Assembly: GCA_003193925.1 (NCBI GenBank)
Contig: PSPG01000005.1
Location: 1,645-65,644 of the forward strand
Length of the DNA: 64,000 nucleotides
Source of the DNA: Candidatus Thalassarchaeum betae
Lineage (GTDB): Archaea > Thermoplasmatota > Poseidoniia > Poseidoniales > Thalassarchaeaceae
Reading direction: 5' to 3'
Positions 38,660 to 48,700 of the stretch are shown here, piece after piece. Every line of letters starts with the position of its first letter. Position 1 is the first letter of the stretch. The position numbers and the translations under genes are program-made. Under the pieces are notes generated by a model that saw only the letters and a list, made by a program, of their open reading frames with translations, was not told the origin of the DNA and did no database searches.

Positions 38660-39769
38660 TTGGACGCCGCCGCAGAGTACCTGTCCCTCGACGAGCCCGA
38701 CAGGTCCAACCATCTCTGGAAGTACACGCCATGGCGCAGGGTTCATCCCACCGGTGACATCACCAGCATCCCGGACGGCATTGGATCGCCCCGACTCAGG
38801 CTCATCGGCCTAGACGGAGGCGATGCACCCGATGGCATCCGACTGCAGGAGGGAGTGTCTTCGGTCTCCGTACTGCCGCAGAGCGATGTCGTCACGAGTT
38901 CGTTCTTGCAGGCTGTTTCAGCAAGTTCGCAATGGACCCTACATGTCGAGCCAAACTTCTCCTCGCAACACCCTGTGATGCTCGACATCGATGCGGGTGA
39001 CTCAACCTCCGTCCTGCATCTGGTACTAGACGTGGGGCGCTTGTCCGAGTTGGAACTGATCACGCGGGTGAGTGGTTCCGGGGAGTGGTTCGGCTTCCTG
39101 CGTACAGGCGAGATCGGAGAGGGCAGTATCCTCAACGACGTGGTAGTCTGCGTGCAGGACGGGGGGACCTTGCTCCGGGTCGATTCGATAGCAATCGGCA
39201 GGGACGCGCAGGTGCGCGCGGGAACTGTCTGTTCCGGCTCCGAGCGGACCAAAGCGGACCTGCGCTACCGGATGGGCGAGCCCGGAGGAAACCTCAGGAT
39301 CCTGGGCTCGGTGCTCTCGTCTGATGGGATGCATCTGGACCACCACTTGGAGATACACCACGATGCGCCCGAGACGTTCAGCCGGCTGGCCTGGAACTCC
39401 GCATGTGGGGGCAAGAGCAGGACTGTAGGGACGGGGATGCTCAGGGTCGCCGACGGCTCACGCGGGACGGATGCCGCTCAGCTCTTCCACAACCTGCTCC
39501 TCTCCAAGGACGCTGAGGCGGACTCGATCCCCGAGTTGGAGGTCCTCGAGCACGAGGTCGTCGGATGCGGTCATGGGACGGCCAACGGGCCCATCGACGA
39601 GGACCAACTGTTCTACCTCGAGACCAGGGGCTTCGACCCCTCCGACGCGAGGGGTTCCCTGATCGCCGCATTCCTGAACTCGACCCTGTCCGAGATGGGA
39701 AGCGAGGCCCTGCACGGCTGGCTGGTCAGGCTGCTGGCCTCTGAGTTGGAGTCACTGGGCGCCCCCTGA
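38660..39769 (+). CDS. sufD: Fe-S cluster assembly protein SufD-like
   Basis: WKYT, NLLLS, PELE, CGHG, DEDQLFYLETRG; third gene of the suf operon; TTG start. Confidence 0.88.
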   Translation: MDAAAEYLSLDEPDRSNHLWKYTPWRRVHPTGDITSIPDGIGSPRLRLIGLDGGDAPDGIRLQEGVSSVSVLPQSDVVTSSFLQAVSASSQWTLHVEPNFSSQHPVMLDIDAGDSTSVLHLVLDVGRLSELELITRVSGSGEWFGFLRTGEIGEGSILNDVVVCVQDGGTLLRVDSIAIGRDAQVRAGTVCSGSERTKADLRYRMGEPGGNLRILGSVLSSDGMHLDHHLEIHHDAPETFSRLAWNSACGGKSRTVGTGMLRVADGSRGTDAAQLFHNLLLSKDAEADSIPELEVLEHEVVGCGHGTANGPIDEDQLFYLETRGFDPSDARGSLIAAFLNSTLSEMGSEALHGWLVRLLASELESLGAP

Positions 39770-39781
39770 GGCAGCAAGCGA

Positions 39782-40567
39782 TTAGGCCGAGCGGTCCCTA
39801 TAACTCGACAGAAGGGCTGTCATCAGAAGACCGGCGGCTGCGCCGAACATCATTCCCTGTTCCTCCATCCCAGAGCCGGCCAAGTCCCGAAAGGCGAGTG
39901 TCATGGCCCCCGTCATCGGCACCACGAAGACGACGAATCGCCCGAGCCACTCCTTTGGAGTAGGGGCCCTGCCCATTGGCCTGAGGGTGACTGAACTGGA
40001 CTTCTGGATGACCTGCCATTCCGCCTTCTGGGCGTCAACCCTGAGCCTCTGCAGGACTGCGGGCCTGATTCCGGGGTCGGCCGAGCCCACGTGCAGCGTC
40101 TCGCCTCGGCCGGTCACCAGCTTCAGCCTGCCTAGGTCGGCCCTGCGCTCGAGAAGCCTCTCGGTCAGTGCCGCGGCAGAGGGCGCATCGAGGCCGTGCA
40201 GGTCGACCACCAGCACCCCTCTGTCTCGTCTGACCTGCTCCTCGACGGTCCAAGCCGTCCCCGAGCCACTCCTTGGAGCCCTCTCCTCGATTGGTGAGAG
40301 GATGGCTCGGACCTTGGTCACCTCCTGCTTCCTTTCGGCCTCGACGTTGCGGCCTGAGCGCGACGACTCGGCCATTCTGTAGTACGCGAATGTGGTGACG
40401 ATGACCCCGCCGGCAAGGCCAGCCACGATGCCAGAGCGCACAGACCCCATCACATCCGGACTGTCTAGGCCACTGAGGAAGATGGCGACGAAAGTGGCCA
40501 TGACCGCGACCATCGAGCCTACTACCCCGCCGAGCCATGCAGCATCGCGGAACCCGAGGTCGGCCAT
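39782..40567 (-). CDS. Four-TM membrane protein with a central Smr-like domain
   Basis: VDLHGL and LVTGRG..H Smr motifs between two pairs of hydrophobic helices. Confidence 0.7.
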   Translation of the reverse strand: MADLGFRDAAWLGGVVGSMVAVMATFVAIFLSGLDSPDVMGSVRSGIVAGLAGGVIVTTFAYYRMAESSRSGRNVEAERKQEVTKVRAILSPIEERAPRSGSGTAWTVEEQVRRDRGVLVVDLHGLDAPSAAALTERLLERRADLGRLKLVTGRGETLHVGSADPGIRPAVLQRLRVDAQKAEWQVIQKSSSVTLRPMGRAPTPKEWLGRFVVFVVPMTGAMTLAFRDLAGSGMEEQGMMFGAAAGLLMTALLSSYRDRSA

Positions 40568-40659
40568 GGTGGTCGGAGCACGGGGTTGCTCAAGAGTCCG
40601 AGGGTTGGAATCAGGGTTACCGAAGCAGCATTCATCAGGGGCGAGCCGCTGGGAGAAAT

Positions 40660-41409
40660 GTGGGAGTTCTAGCTAATGGGCTCGGAGATCGGGTCAGGGA
40701 AGTCAAAGTCAGCAGAGTCCTGGTAGCCGCCGCTGGCGGATACCTGCTTCTGATGTTCATAGCGCCTCTGGCGATGCCCGAGGGAACGGTACCTGAGCTC
40801 TCCGGACGCGCCAACACATTCGACTACGCCACCGCGAGCGGGTGGGGGAACCAGGATAACGGCGAGGGTGCGAGTGTGGGGCACGACCAATCGGCTCACG
40901 GCGGGACATTCGCTTGGACGGAGTTAAACCCGGTATGGGGATTCGTGTACGCCGTCGGTGACCTGAACTGCCACCAGAAGTACGAGCGCTCATGGAAGAT
41001 CAACGGGAATCAGATGCCGATGTGCACCCGGGACGTTGGAATCATCTTCGGATTCGTGGTCGGTGCCGCCTTGTTCGGATGGCGCGGCCTCAACCGCTGG
41101 ACGGTTCGCGACACCTTCCTCTCGATATTCCCGAACGAGAGGCTGGAGCCCGTTTACTTGAGCGACAGGAGGATGACGGCCATGCTCGCGATCATCGGAC
41201 TGGGGCTGCTGCCGATGGCAGTTGACGGGTTCACCCAGATGTTGACCGACTACGAGTCCACCCACCTCATCAGGCTGGTCACCGGCTTCGCAGCCGGGCT
41301 GGTTGTCGGCTGGTGGTTCTCATCCTCGCTGTCCGCCCGGACCAAGTACTTCGGGGATGACCCACGCCTAGTGGTCCTGCCGGCCGACGCAAGACTAGTG
41401 ACCAAGTGA
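40660..41409 (+). CDS. DUF2085 family membrane protein
   Basis: CHQKYERS, MPMCTRDVGI, PMAVDGFTQ, RLVTG motifs; start uncertain (GTG 40660). Confidence 0.85.
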   Translation: MGVLANGLGDRVREVKVSRVLVAAAGGYLLLMFIAPLAMPEGTVPELSGRANTFDYATASGWGNQDNGEGASVGHDQSAHGGTFAWTELNPVWGFVYAVGDLNCHQKYERSWKINGNQMPMCTRDVGIIFGFVVGAALFGWRGLNRWTVRDTFLSIFPNERLEPVYLSDRRMTAMLAIIGLGLLPMAVDGFTQMLTDYESTHLIRLVTGFAAGLVVGWWFSSSLSARTKYFGDDPRLVVLPADARLVTK

Positions 41410-42762
41410 TCACACGGTCTTGCCCTGCCACCAGGAAACCAGCCCGCTGGCCCCAGCGGGGTTCGAAGCTCCTTCTATGCCGCAGCCGAGCAACGCGATA
41501 CGCTCCAGAGTGTCGCGCACGGCAGCCGGATGCCGACCTGACCTGACTATCTGGCCCATGGCGAAGCGGAGATGGGTATCGGGATTGACTGCAATCCACT
41601 TCGAGATAGCTTCCCTGAGTGGCCAAATCGCCAGCACCAGCGTCCCCGCGGTGCGATATCGCTCCTTCAACTGCGAGCGGGGGGCATCGCGTCCGAGCAG
41701 GGCCCGGTGCTTGTGCACCCAGTCTGTGCGCTCGTGGAGGAACTTGACGAGCCTCTGCGTATGGCGCTCGGACACAGCCCTGACGGGGCCGAGCGCTCTA
41801 CGCAGCTCCGCCACATCGGCGGATGGCATCAGAGCGAGAGTGCCGCAGATGGCAGACATGGAATGCGAGAGGATGCTCTTGGGAACGTCGACCCTAGCAT
41901 CCTCGCTGACGCGCTCCAACGCTGCGTCGTGCTCGTTCTGGGCCTCCTTGAGTGTCTTCCACGGCGCTCTGCCGTCCAACCATCCCTCTTTGGTGAGAGT
42001 CTGCTCGACGCCCAGTCCAATCAGTGTGGTCTGGCCCTTGGAGGCGTGGAGCAGTCGCCTCAGGAGGTGCCTCTCGACGACCTCGGTGTCGACATTCAAA
42101 GGAGCTGGTCTGGAGTGGACGAACTTCCGGATCCTGCTGATCAGAGCCCGGCGGAACTCGGCCTCGGTGCCCTCGTTCAGAACAGGTCCGATGACAGCCC
42201 CCATATCGAATGGAGTGGGCATCTCCAACTCGCCTGACAGCAGCGAGGTGTAGCCCCGCCTGATGCGCTGCTGCAGCTCCGTCGTCTCGAAGTACTCCTC
42301 CTTCTCCGTCAGCGCCCTCAGGCTCCCTGTCTTGATCCTCTTCAATGCGACCTCGGGATCGCAGTCGACCCAGATGCAGAGGTCGGGAACAAGGGCCGCC
42401 GAGTTCATGTGGGCGACCCTGTCGACCCCGAGCCCGCCGACGACCCCCTGATAGACGAGTGAGGAGTGGATGTTCCGCTCGCTGACCACTGCCCTGCCCT
42501 CCTCGAGGCGAGGCAGTATCCAGCCGTGAGAGTGATCCACCCTGTCGGCTGCGAACAGGCCGGCCTCCTGCTCAGGGGTCATGGTCTGCCTTCGCACCGC
42601 GTCTATTGCGAGACGGCCGAGCGGATGCTCCCTCCTAGGCTCCCCGGTCGCCTCGACTGAGGTGAACGAGAACTCCTTGCTGAGGACCTCTGAAACGACC
42701 TTGGTCGCCACTCCCTTGCCGCTCCCATCACCGCCCTCTATCGTTATCAGATACACGGGCAA
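41410..42762 (-). CDS. tmk: Thymidylate kinase with long C-terminal extension
   Basis: ITIEGGDGSGKG, LFAADR.DH, ER...SSLVYQG, PDL motifs in the first ~215 aa. Confidence 0.88.
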   Translation of the reverse strand: MPVYLITIEGGDGSGKGVATKVVSEVLSKEFSFTSVEATGEPRREHPLGRLAIDAVRRQTMTPEQEAGLFAADRVDHSHGWILPRLEEGRAVVSERNIHSSLVYQGVVGGLGVDRVAHMNSAALVPDLCIWVDCDPEVALKRIKTGSLRALTEKEEYFETTELQQRIRRGYTSLLSGELEMPTPFDMGAVIGPVLNEGTEAEFRRALISRIRKFVHSRPAPLNVDTEVVERHLLRRLLHASKGQTTLIGLGVEQTLTKEGWLDGRAPWKTLKEAQNEHDAALERVSEDARVDVPKSILSHSMSAICGTLALMPSADVAELRRALGPVRAVSERHTQRLVKFLHERTDWVHKHRALLGRDAPRSQLKERYRTAGTLVLAIWPLREAISKWIAVNPDTHLRFAMGQIVRSGRHPAAVRDTLERIALLGCGIEGASNPAGASGLVSWWQGKTV

Positions 42763-42770
42763 ACCTCAAA

Positions 42771-43520
42771 CTAATCCTCTGTGTAGTCTGTGAACTGATC
42801 CCTAGCGAGATGCGTCATGCCCATGCCGAGGAGTATGAACAACGGACCTAGGAATAGCATGCCTCGACTCCACAGTCCGAAGAATGAGAGCCACCAGGTG
42901 CGTCGGTAGTGATCGCCGCGGTAGGCCTCCAGACCGCCCACCATCCCTGCGAGCCCGGCCAGCAGCGTCAATCCAGCGATGGTGGTTCCGATGAGCACCG
43001 ACTCGCCGAGATGGCTCTCGCCGGTCATGTCGTACTCGTACAGCCCGTCTCCCGGAGTCAGAGTGACGGAAATCTGAGCGTGGTCCCCGGGAACCAGCAG
43101 TATCCGAACGGTAACGTTCCCGGGGTGGTCGACAAGCAGCGTCGAAGAGCGTCTGGGAACGTCCTCGACCGAGAAACGCCCGCCTGAGTCGGTGATGTCG
43201 TGGCCTATCTCCAGGTCGTCGAAATCGAGGACGCTCACCCTGACGCCCTCAACCGGGTCGCCGCCCGTGGTGTTGTCCTCCAACGCCGTGCTCACTATGC
43301 CATTGACATTGGCGACCCCATCGGAGCTGTCCAGTTGGCCACTCAGAATCTCGCCGACGTCGGCGGATATCAGAGCGACTCCAAGAATTGCTCCAAGCAG
43401 GCTGCCGACGAATATCATCAACGCCCCCGCCACCCTAGTGGCTGGGTCTATCGAGAGGTCATGCAGCCAGAGTTCCATGGCGCTGTAATCGTCGAACTCG
43501 TCGTCGCTCGAGTCGTTCAT
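42771..43520 (-). CDS. Membrane protein with carboxypeptidase-regulatory-like (Ig-like) domain
   Basis: TM, PVEGVRV...TDSGGRFSVEDVP, then further TM helices. Confidence 0.7.
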   Translation of the reverse strand: MNDSSDDEFDDYSAMELWLHDLSIDPATRVAGALMIFVGSLLGAILGVALISADVGEILSGQLDSSDGVANVNGIVSTALEDNTTGGDPVEGVRVSVLDFDDLEIGHDITDSGGRFSVEDVPRRSSTLLVDHPGNVTVRILLVPGDHAQISVTLTPGDGLYEYDMTGESHLGESVLIGTTIAGLTLLAGLAGMVGGLEAYRGDHYRRTWWLSFFGLWSRGMLFLGPLFILLGMGMTHLARDQFTDYTED

Positions 43521-44515
43521 CGGGCTTCACCTGCCTCTTGCTCCCCCTCGCTGGGAGCTGGCGGCTGTTCAGTTTGCCGCCTGAGGAGGAGCAGCATCAG
43601 GAAGTGGATTATCGCGCCCAGCGCGCGCATCGAGCTGAGGATGACGACCAGCGCCGCGATGAGCAGGACCGGCCAGATCGACGTGAGAATCCTCGAGACA
43701 TCCGAATCGGTGATGTCATCCTCGACGAGCTCCTGGCCCGACTCGAAACTCACTAGGTGCATCGACGACCAGTTCTTCCCGGTGACCAGGAAGGCGTCCT
43801 GCTCGGAGACGTAAGCGATGCCGTTCAGGACCTCGTTGGATCCGCCTGACTCTGATTCAGCCAACTGCGATGCGTCGACGGTGAACTCCACTGCTCCCGA
43901 AGTTGAGTTGATCGCCAGGATGGAGTCGCTGCCCAAGACATTGGCGTAGATCATCCCCCCGACGCACTCCAGCTCGTTGAGCAGGCTCGCCTCCTGACCG
44001 TCGAGAGTGACGAGGAGGGTGCTCTGGACAGTGAAGTCGGACGGGTCCCTGAGGGCCAGCTCGGAAGTGCCGTTGGACATCACCAGGAACTCGCCATTGT
44101 AGCACAGTCCCCAGCCCTCGCCAGAGTACGTGTGATTGCCGACGACTTCGAAAGTCTCGATGTCGAAGACCAGAGCGATCCCCTCCTTCCAAGTCAGCAT
44201 CACGATGGTATCTCCGAGGATAGTGATCCCCTCTCCGAACAGACTCTGATCGAGTTGCGTCTGACGCAGCACCTCCCCGCTCGAGGGATCCACCTCCCTT
44301 AGGCTTGAATGGCCATACAGTCCGGTGCTCTCGTACAGGGAGCCACCGTGCATCTCGAATCCCTGAGTGAATGCCTCGTCGTCATGGGAATGTGACGAGA
44401 TAACGTGTAACTCGGCCGCGTCTGAGCCACCGGAAGCAGCAACCGGACTGGGCAGCAGAAGCAGTGCGACGAGCAGGCCCGGGGAGACACGCAGCGCCGT
44501 GCTAGGCCAAATCAT
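43517..44515 (-). CDS. Glutaminyl-peptide cyclotransferase (bacterial/plant type), membrane anchored
   Basis: AFTQG, ESTGLYG, FGEG, LTWK, GEGWGL, LNELE, VLNGIAY, TGKNW; signal peptide and C-terminal TM. Confidence 0.93.
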   Translation of the reverse strand: MIWPSTALRVSPGLLVALLLLPSPVAASGGSDAAELHVISSHSHDDEAFTQGFEMHGGSLYESTGLYGHSSLREVDPSSGEVLRQTQLDQSLFGEGITILGDTIVMLTWKEGIALVFDIETFEVVGNHTYSGEGWGLCYNGEFLVMSNGTSELALRDPSDFTVQSTLLVTLDGQEASLLNELECVGGMIYANVLGSDSILAINSTSGAVEFTVDASQLAESESGGSNEVLNGIAYVSEQDAFLVTGKNWSSMHLVSFESGQELVEDDITDSDVSRILTSIWPVLLIAALVVILSSMRALGAIIHFLMLLLLRRQTEQPPAPSEGEQEAGEAR

Positions 44516-44591
44516 GTACGAACGGCGCTCCATCGATGTTAAAATAGGTCTTTGAGCGGATTGAACCTGAAAGCAACACGGAGTGTTGAAC

Positions 44592-47500
44592 ATGGCTGCA
44601 ACTAGAACGGCGGCATCGCGGAGAGTACCTCTGCTGCTCATCGCCACCATGCTCCTGTCCCTCCTGACCCCAATGGCTCTAGCAGAGCCTGAGTCTGATG
44701 ATTCGATGCTAGAAGTCATGTCGGGTGACCTGACGGACTTTACTCCCTCTATTGAGGGCAAGCGGTACATGTTCACCGACGCTGCCGAGCCCGTCTTCTC
44801 GGCCACCAGCTTCCTCAAGATGGAGTGGAGGGACGCGGGCTACCCGGGACTCATCCTGCCTTTCTCGCCAGGCTACCTCAACTCAAGGTCCTCGACCCGC
44901 ACTTGCGAGAACGCTTGGAGCCAGGGTGAATCAGGCAACATCTCTACTGCTAGCGGGACGGTTGCCGTGACAGTGCAAAAGATCTCGGCGAACTCGGCCA
45001 TACTGGTGGAGGACGGGCAGATCATTCCGTCGACCACCGTCAATGACATCGTCTCGACCTGGGAGTCGACCATCTACCCTACCGACACCTCGTACTTCGG
45101 CACCCCTCCGGACGTCGACAACAACTGCCAGATCGAAATCGTCCTGATCTCGATCGACGGCGCGGGGGGCACTGGGGGATACTACTCCCCCGGAATCTCA
45201 TCCGTCAGGGAGTCGGTCTTCGTCGACGTCGATGACTTGAGTTGGAGGAACACCATTCTCGCGCACGAGTTCGAGCACCTACTACACAACGCTCGTGACC
45301 CCTACGAGTACCTGTGGATCGACGAGGGCGCGGCCGACATGGCTGTCTACCTCTGCTTCGGAGTCACGGGCACGCTGACCGGGCACGCCAACGCGTGGTC
45401 GCAAGACAGCAGCCTCAGTGTGAGGTGGTGGAACGGCAGAATTGCCGACTACGGTGCCGGCTTCATGTTCCTGATGTACCTCGCAGACAAGCTCGGTGGA
45501 GGGGCCGCGATACAGCGCCTCGTTGCCGACACCGCCACCGGGGGGGTCGCTATCGAGAACCTCGCGCAGAGCCCCGAGACAGGCTCTACTGCCATCGGGA
45601 CCACGATGAGCGAAATCTATGCCAACTTCAGCGCCGCCGTCTCTCTGGACAGCGCGCAGGGAGCCTTCGGGTTCTCGAACCTCGACCTGACCACAGGATG
45701 CATCGCCGCGTACATCTGCAAAGCCCAGATGAGCGGTTACAACGACCAGTGGGTGGACGGCTGGAACAGCTCCAGCCAGACCATCGAGGGTTGGGGGATG
45801 AGGGCCTACAAGTTCACCCAAGGCTCCGGGGCTCCGCTCAATCTGATGGTGCAACCGACACAGTTCGGCTTCGACGGCGCCATCATGGCCAAGGATGCTG
45901 ACACGGGTACATGGTCGATGAGCAGCCTGAGGATGGACTCGGGCACTGGAGCCGGGACGGGGCTCGTTCACGGCTTCGGCAACACCACCGACGAGGTGTG
46001 GCTGCTGACATGGTACGAGTCCATGGTCAGCGACTGCGACTACAACTACGCCAGTTGCGGCATCACCACCGGAACTTACCCCACCGCGTCGCTGACAGTC
46101 TACGCCGGTCTCATCACGGACCCGGCTGAGGTGTCGATCGATACCATCATGTCCTTTGACAGGGATGGCAACAACCTTGACGACAGCGTCCGGATCGACC
46201 TCGAGGTGGTCTCGAACGCGTTCTTCGAGATACTCGAGGTCACAGTCGAAGCCTACGTCAACAACACGCTGACCGACTCTGTGGTGTTCGACATCACCGC
46301 CGGCAACAGCGTACCCTCTCCGAGGAGCGTCTGGTTCACGCCGCCCTCCTCGGGCGACTGGACCTTTGGAATCAGGGTCCGCGATATCACCGGAGAGGTC
46401 GTCGACCAAGCCTTCGCCCTGCCTATGACTATTGCTAACATGGAGCCGATCGCCTCCGGTTCGATGTCCACCTCGATTACTCAAACGTGGCTCCCAGTGA
46501 GCATGTTCGGCTCGGGCTACGACTCATGGGGCTTCGGTCAGCTCAACGGTACTTTCAGCCACAACGAGACGCCCACTGGGTACGTCTGGGACCTCGGTGA
46601 CAACAACTCCTCTGGACTGAAGAACCCCGTCCACTCATACCTCAATCCGGGGAACTACCAGATTGTGCTGGTCGTACAGGACCAAGGGGGCTACTACTCC
46701 GAGCCGCAGTCGTGGAACATCTCAGTCAGTGACATCTCCGACCCGGTCCCGGAGATCTCGGTAGACGGGGTGGTGATGATCGACGATCTGGTGCTGCTGA
46801 CCGACCAGAGGGTGCAGTTCTCAGCCAGAGGGACCACGGACAACCTCCCACTGGAGCAACTCGATTTCACCTGGGACTGGGGCGATGGCCAGTCGGAGTA
46901 CGGTCAAGGCCTGGCTGAGGCCGGGCACTCGTGGGTCGACGGCAGTGCCGATGGGATCATCTACACGCTCATCCTGACCGTTGATGACGGCAACCACATC
47001 GTCGAGCATTCGCTGTACATCAGAGTGCTGAACCGCCTGCCCAAGCAGGTCTTCGACGAGCCACTCCAAACCTACACACTGACACCGCTGACAATGCCTA
47101 CCGTATTCGAGGACTCTGACGGGATGATCGTGGAGTACAACTGGTACTTCGAGGGCGGCGTCAACCTCGGTGGCTCGGGAATGAGTCTGACCTCCAACTT
47201 CTCCGCTACCGAGTCGGTGCTCCAGAACCCGAGCGTCGGATGGCTCGAGCCCGGCATGAAGAACGTCACCATCGAAGTCACAGATGACGATGGCAACTCC
47301 TCGATCGCCACCCTCTGGGTGCAGGTCCTGAACCAGCGGCCCGTGGCCGTCTTCTCGAGACCTGCGGACGGCACTGTCGACACCGTCTACACCTTCGAAA
47401 GCGCCTCCTTCGATCCGGACGGCGACACCACCCTGCTTCAGACGATATGGGAGATCTCCGAGCTCGACGAACCGGTGCACAACGTCTCCTCGGTCAGCCA

Positions 47501-48698
47501 CACCTTCCTCGAGCCCGGATTATACACTATCAGCCTCACAGTCATCGACGACAGGGGCCTGTCGTCGGCCACCAAGTCATACTCAATCAGGATTGAGAAC
47601 CCGCTGCCGGTGCCTGCGCTCACCTTCAGCTGCCCAAGCATCAACGGCACCGTGCTGGATGGCATCCCAGAGGACGAAGGAGTCGTCGTCTGGCAAATCC
47701 CGCACACCCCCGATGGCGGCGCATTCGTCGCACCCGGGGACCCGATCAGGTTCGACGGCTCGGGGAGCTACGACGCCGACCCCCTGTTCACCGGAAGGAC
47801 ATCCACCGACTCGAACGACCCCGAGTGGAACGGCATCGTCTCGTGGATCTGGGACTTCGGCGACGCCAGTCCGTCGGCCCATGGCCCCGTGGTCTGGCAT
47901 GCCTACGAGATACCGGGGGCCTACACAGTCACCCTGACCGTCGTCGACGGATTCGAGGGCGGCGAGACCAACACCACCTCGATGACCGTGTACGTCTCCA
48001 GGGCGCCTATCATCCTGACCAACGACCCGATCTCAGCCGATTACGTCAGCATCGGCGATCTGGTCCTCCTGAATGCCAGCGCCACCGACGCCGACCTGAC
48101 GGACGGCATAGAAGCCTGGCTCGATGTCGATGCCTCAGACGACAGCGACGGCGACGGCGATCCCACCAACGACCAGGACAGGCCCCTCACCGGTATCCTG
48201 ACCGTCAGATGGGACCTCAACGCCATGCAGGACGCCAATCTGGATGGCGACTTACGCAACGACTGGCTATGGGTCAATCAGACGTGGAACCAGGCCGGCG
48301 AGATCAGGATTGTGATGCAGGTCTGCGATGGAGTCGCTGTCTGCTCTTCCAGAGACTACGTCATCACCGTGCTGGCCCTTCAGGAGGATGACCGTCCCAA
48401 GTCTCTGGCTGACCTGACGTGGAGGGACCTGGTCCCGAACAAGGCGAGTGCGGGCCTGCTGGCCCTCGTAGCGGCCGTCCTGATTCTCGGGTGGTTTGTC
48501 ATGCGAGAGAAGGACGAGGACGAACTGGACGCCGAGGGGATGCTTGAGACCTACGACGTCGCTGAGGTGGAGGCCGAAGGGGGGCTTCCGGGGATGGACC
48601 AGCACAAGCCCCCTCCCCAACCGAAGTACCTGACGGTCGAAGAGCGAAGAGACAAGGAGTCCGGATACATCCGACCCATCCGGACGAGGAGGCGCTGA
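44592..48698 (+). CDS. Membrane-anchored zinc metalloprotease (HEFEH) with multiple PKD domains
   Basis: LAHEFEHL..., WIDEG, several WDFGD/WDWGDG PKD motifs, signal peptide, C-terminal TM. Confidence 0.88.
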   Translation: MAATRTAASRRVPLLLIATMLLSLLTPMALAEPESDDSMLEVMSGDLTDFTPSIEGKRYMFTDAAEPVFSATSFLKMEWRDAGYPGLILPFSPGYLNSRSSTRTCENAWSQGESGNISTASGTVAVTVQKISANSAILVEDGQIIPSTTVNDIVSTWESTIYPTDTSYFGTPPDVDNNCQIEIVLISIDGAGGTGGYYSPGISSVRESVFVDVDDLSWRNTILAHEFEHLLHNARDPYEYLWIDEGAADMAVYLCFGVTGTLTGHANAWSQDSSLSVRWWNGRIADYGAGFMFLMYLADKLGGGAAIQRLVADTATGGVAIENLAQSPETGSTAIGTTMSEIYANFSAAVSLDSAQGAFGFSNLDLTTGCIAAYICKAQMSGYNDQWVDGWNSSSQTIEGWGMRAYKFTQGSGAPLNLMVQPTQFGFDGAIMAKDADTGTWSMSSLRMDSGTGAGTGLVHGFGNTTDEVWLLTWYESMVSDCDYNYASCGITTGTYPTASLTVYAGLITDPAEVSIDTIMSFDRDGNNLDDSVRIDLEVVSNAFFEILEVTVEAYVNNTLTDSVVFDITAGNSVPSPRSVWFTPPSSGDWTFGIRVRDITGEVVDQAFALPMTIANMEPIASGSMSTSITQTWLPVSMFGSGYDSWGFGQLNGTFSHNETPTGYVWDLGDNNSSGLKNPVHSYLNPGNYQIVLVVQDQGGYYSEPQSWNISVSDISDPVPEISVDGVVMIDDLVLLTDQRVQFSARGTTDNLPLEQLDFTWDWGDGQSEYGQGLAEAGHSWVDGSADGIIYTLILTVDDGNHIVEHSLYIRVLNRLPKQVFDEPLQTYTLTPLTMPTVFEDSDGMIVEYNWYFEGGVNLGGSGMSLTSNFSATESVLQNPSVGWLEPGMKNVTIEVTDDDGNSSIATLWVQVLNQRPVAVFSRPADGTVDTVYTFESASFDPDGDTTLLQTIWEISELDEPVHNVSSVSHTFLEPGLYTISLTVIDDRGLSSATKSYSIRIENPLPVPALTFSCPSINGTVLDGIPEDEGVVVWQIPHTPDGGAFVAPGDPIRFDGSGSYDADPLFTGRTSTDSNDPEWNGIVSWIWDFGDASPSAHGPVVWHAYEIPGAYTVTLTVVDGFEGGETNTTSMTVYVSRAPIILTNDPISADYVSIGDLVLLNASATDADLTDGIEAWLDVDASDDSDGDGDPTNDQDRPLTGILTVRWDLNAMQDANLDGDLRNDWLWVNQTWNQAGEIRIVMQVCDGVAVCSSRDYVITVLALQEDDRPKSLADLTWRDLVPNKASAGLLALVAAVLILGWFVMREKDEDELDAEGMLETYDVAEVEAEGGLPGMDQHKPPPQPKYLTVEERRDKESGYIRPIRTRRR

Positions 48699-48700
48699 GC

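Noticed and set aside
43517-44818. Long N-terminal extensions given by the ORF track (QC, LLM oxidoreductase, gyrA, SDR, fabH)
   Set aside because: They overlap neighbouring genes or promoter regions; downstream starts match the family N-termini
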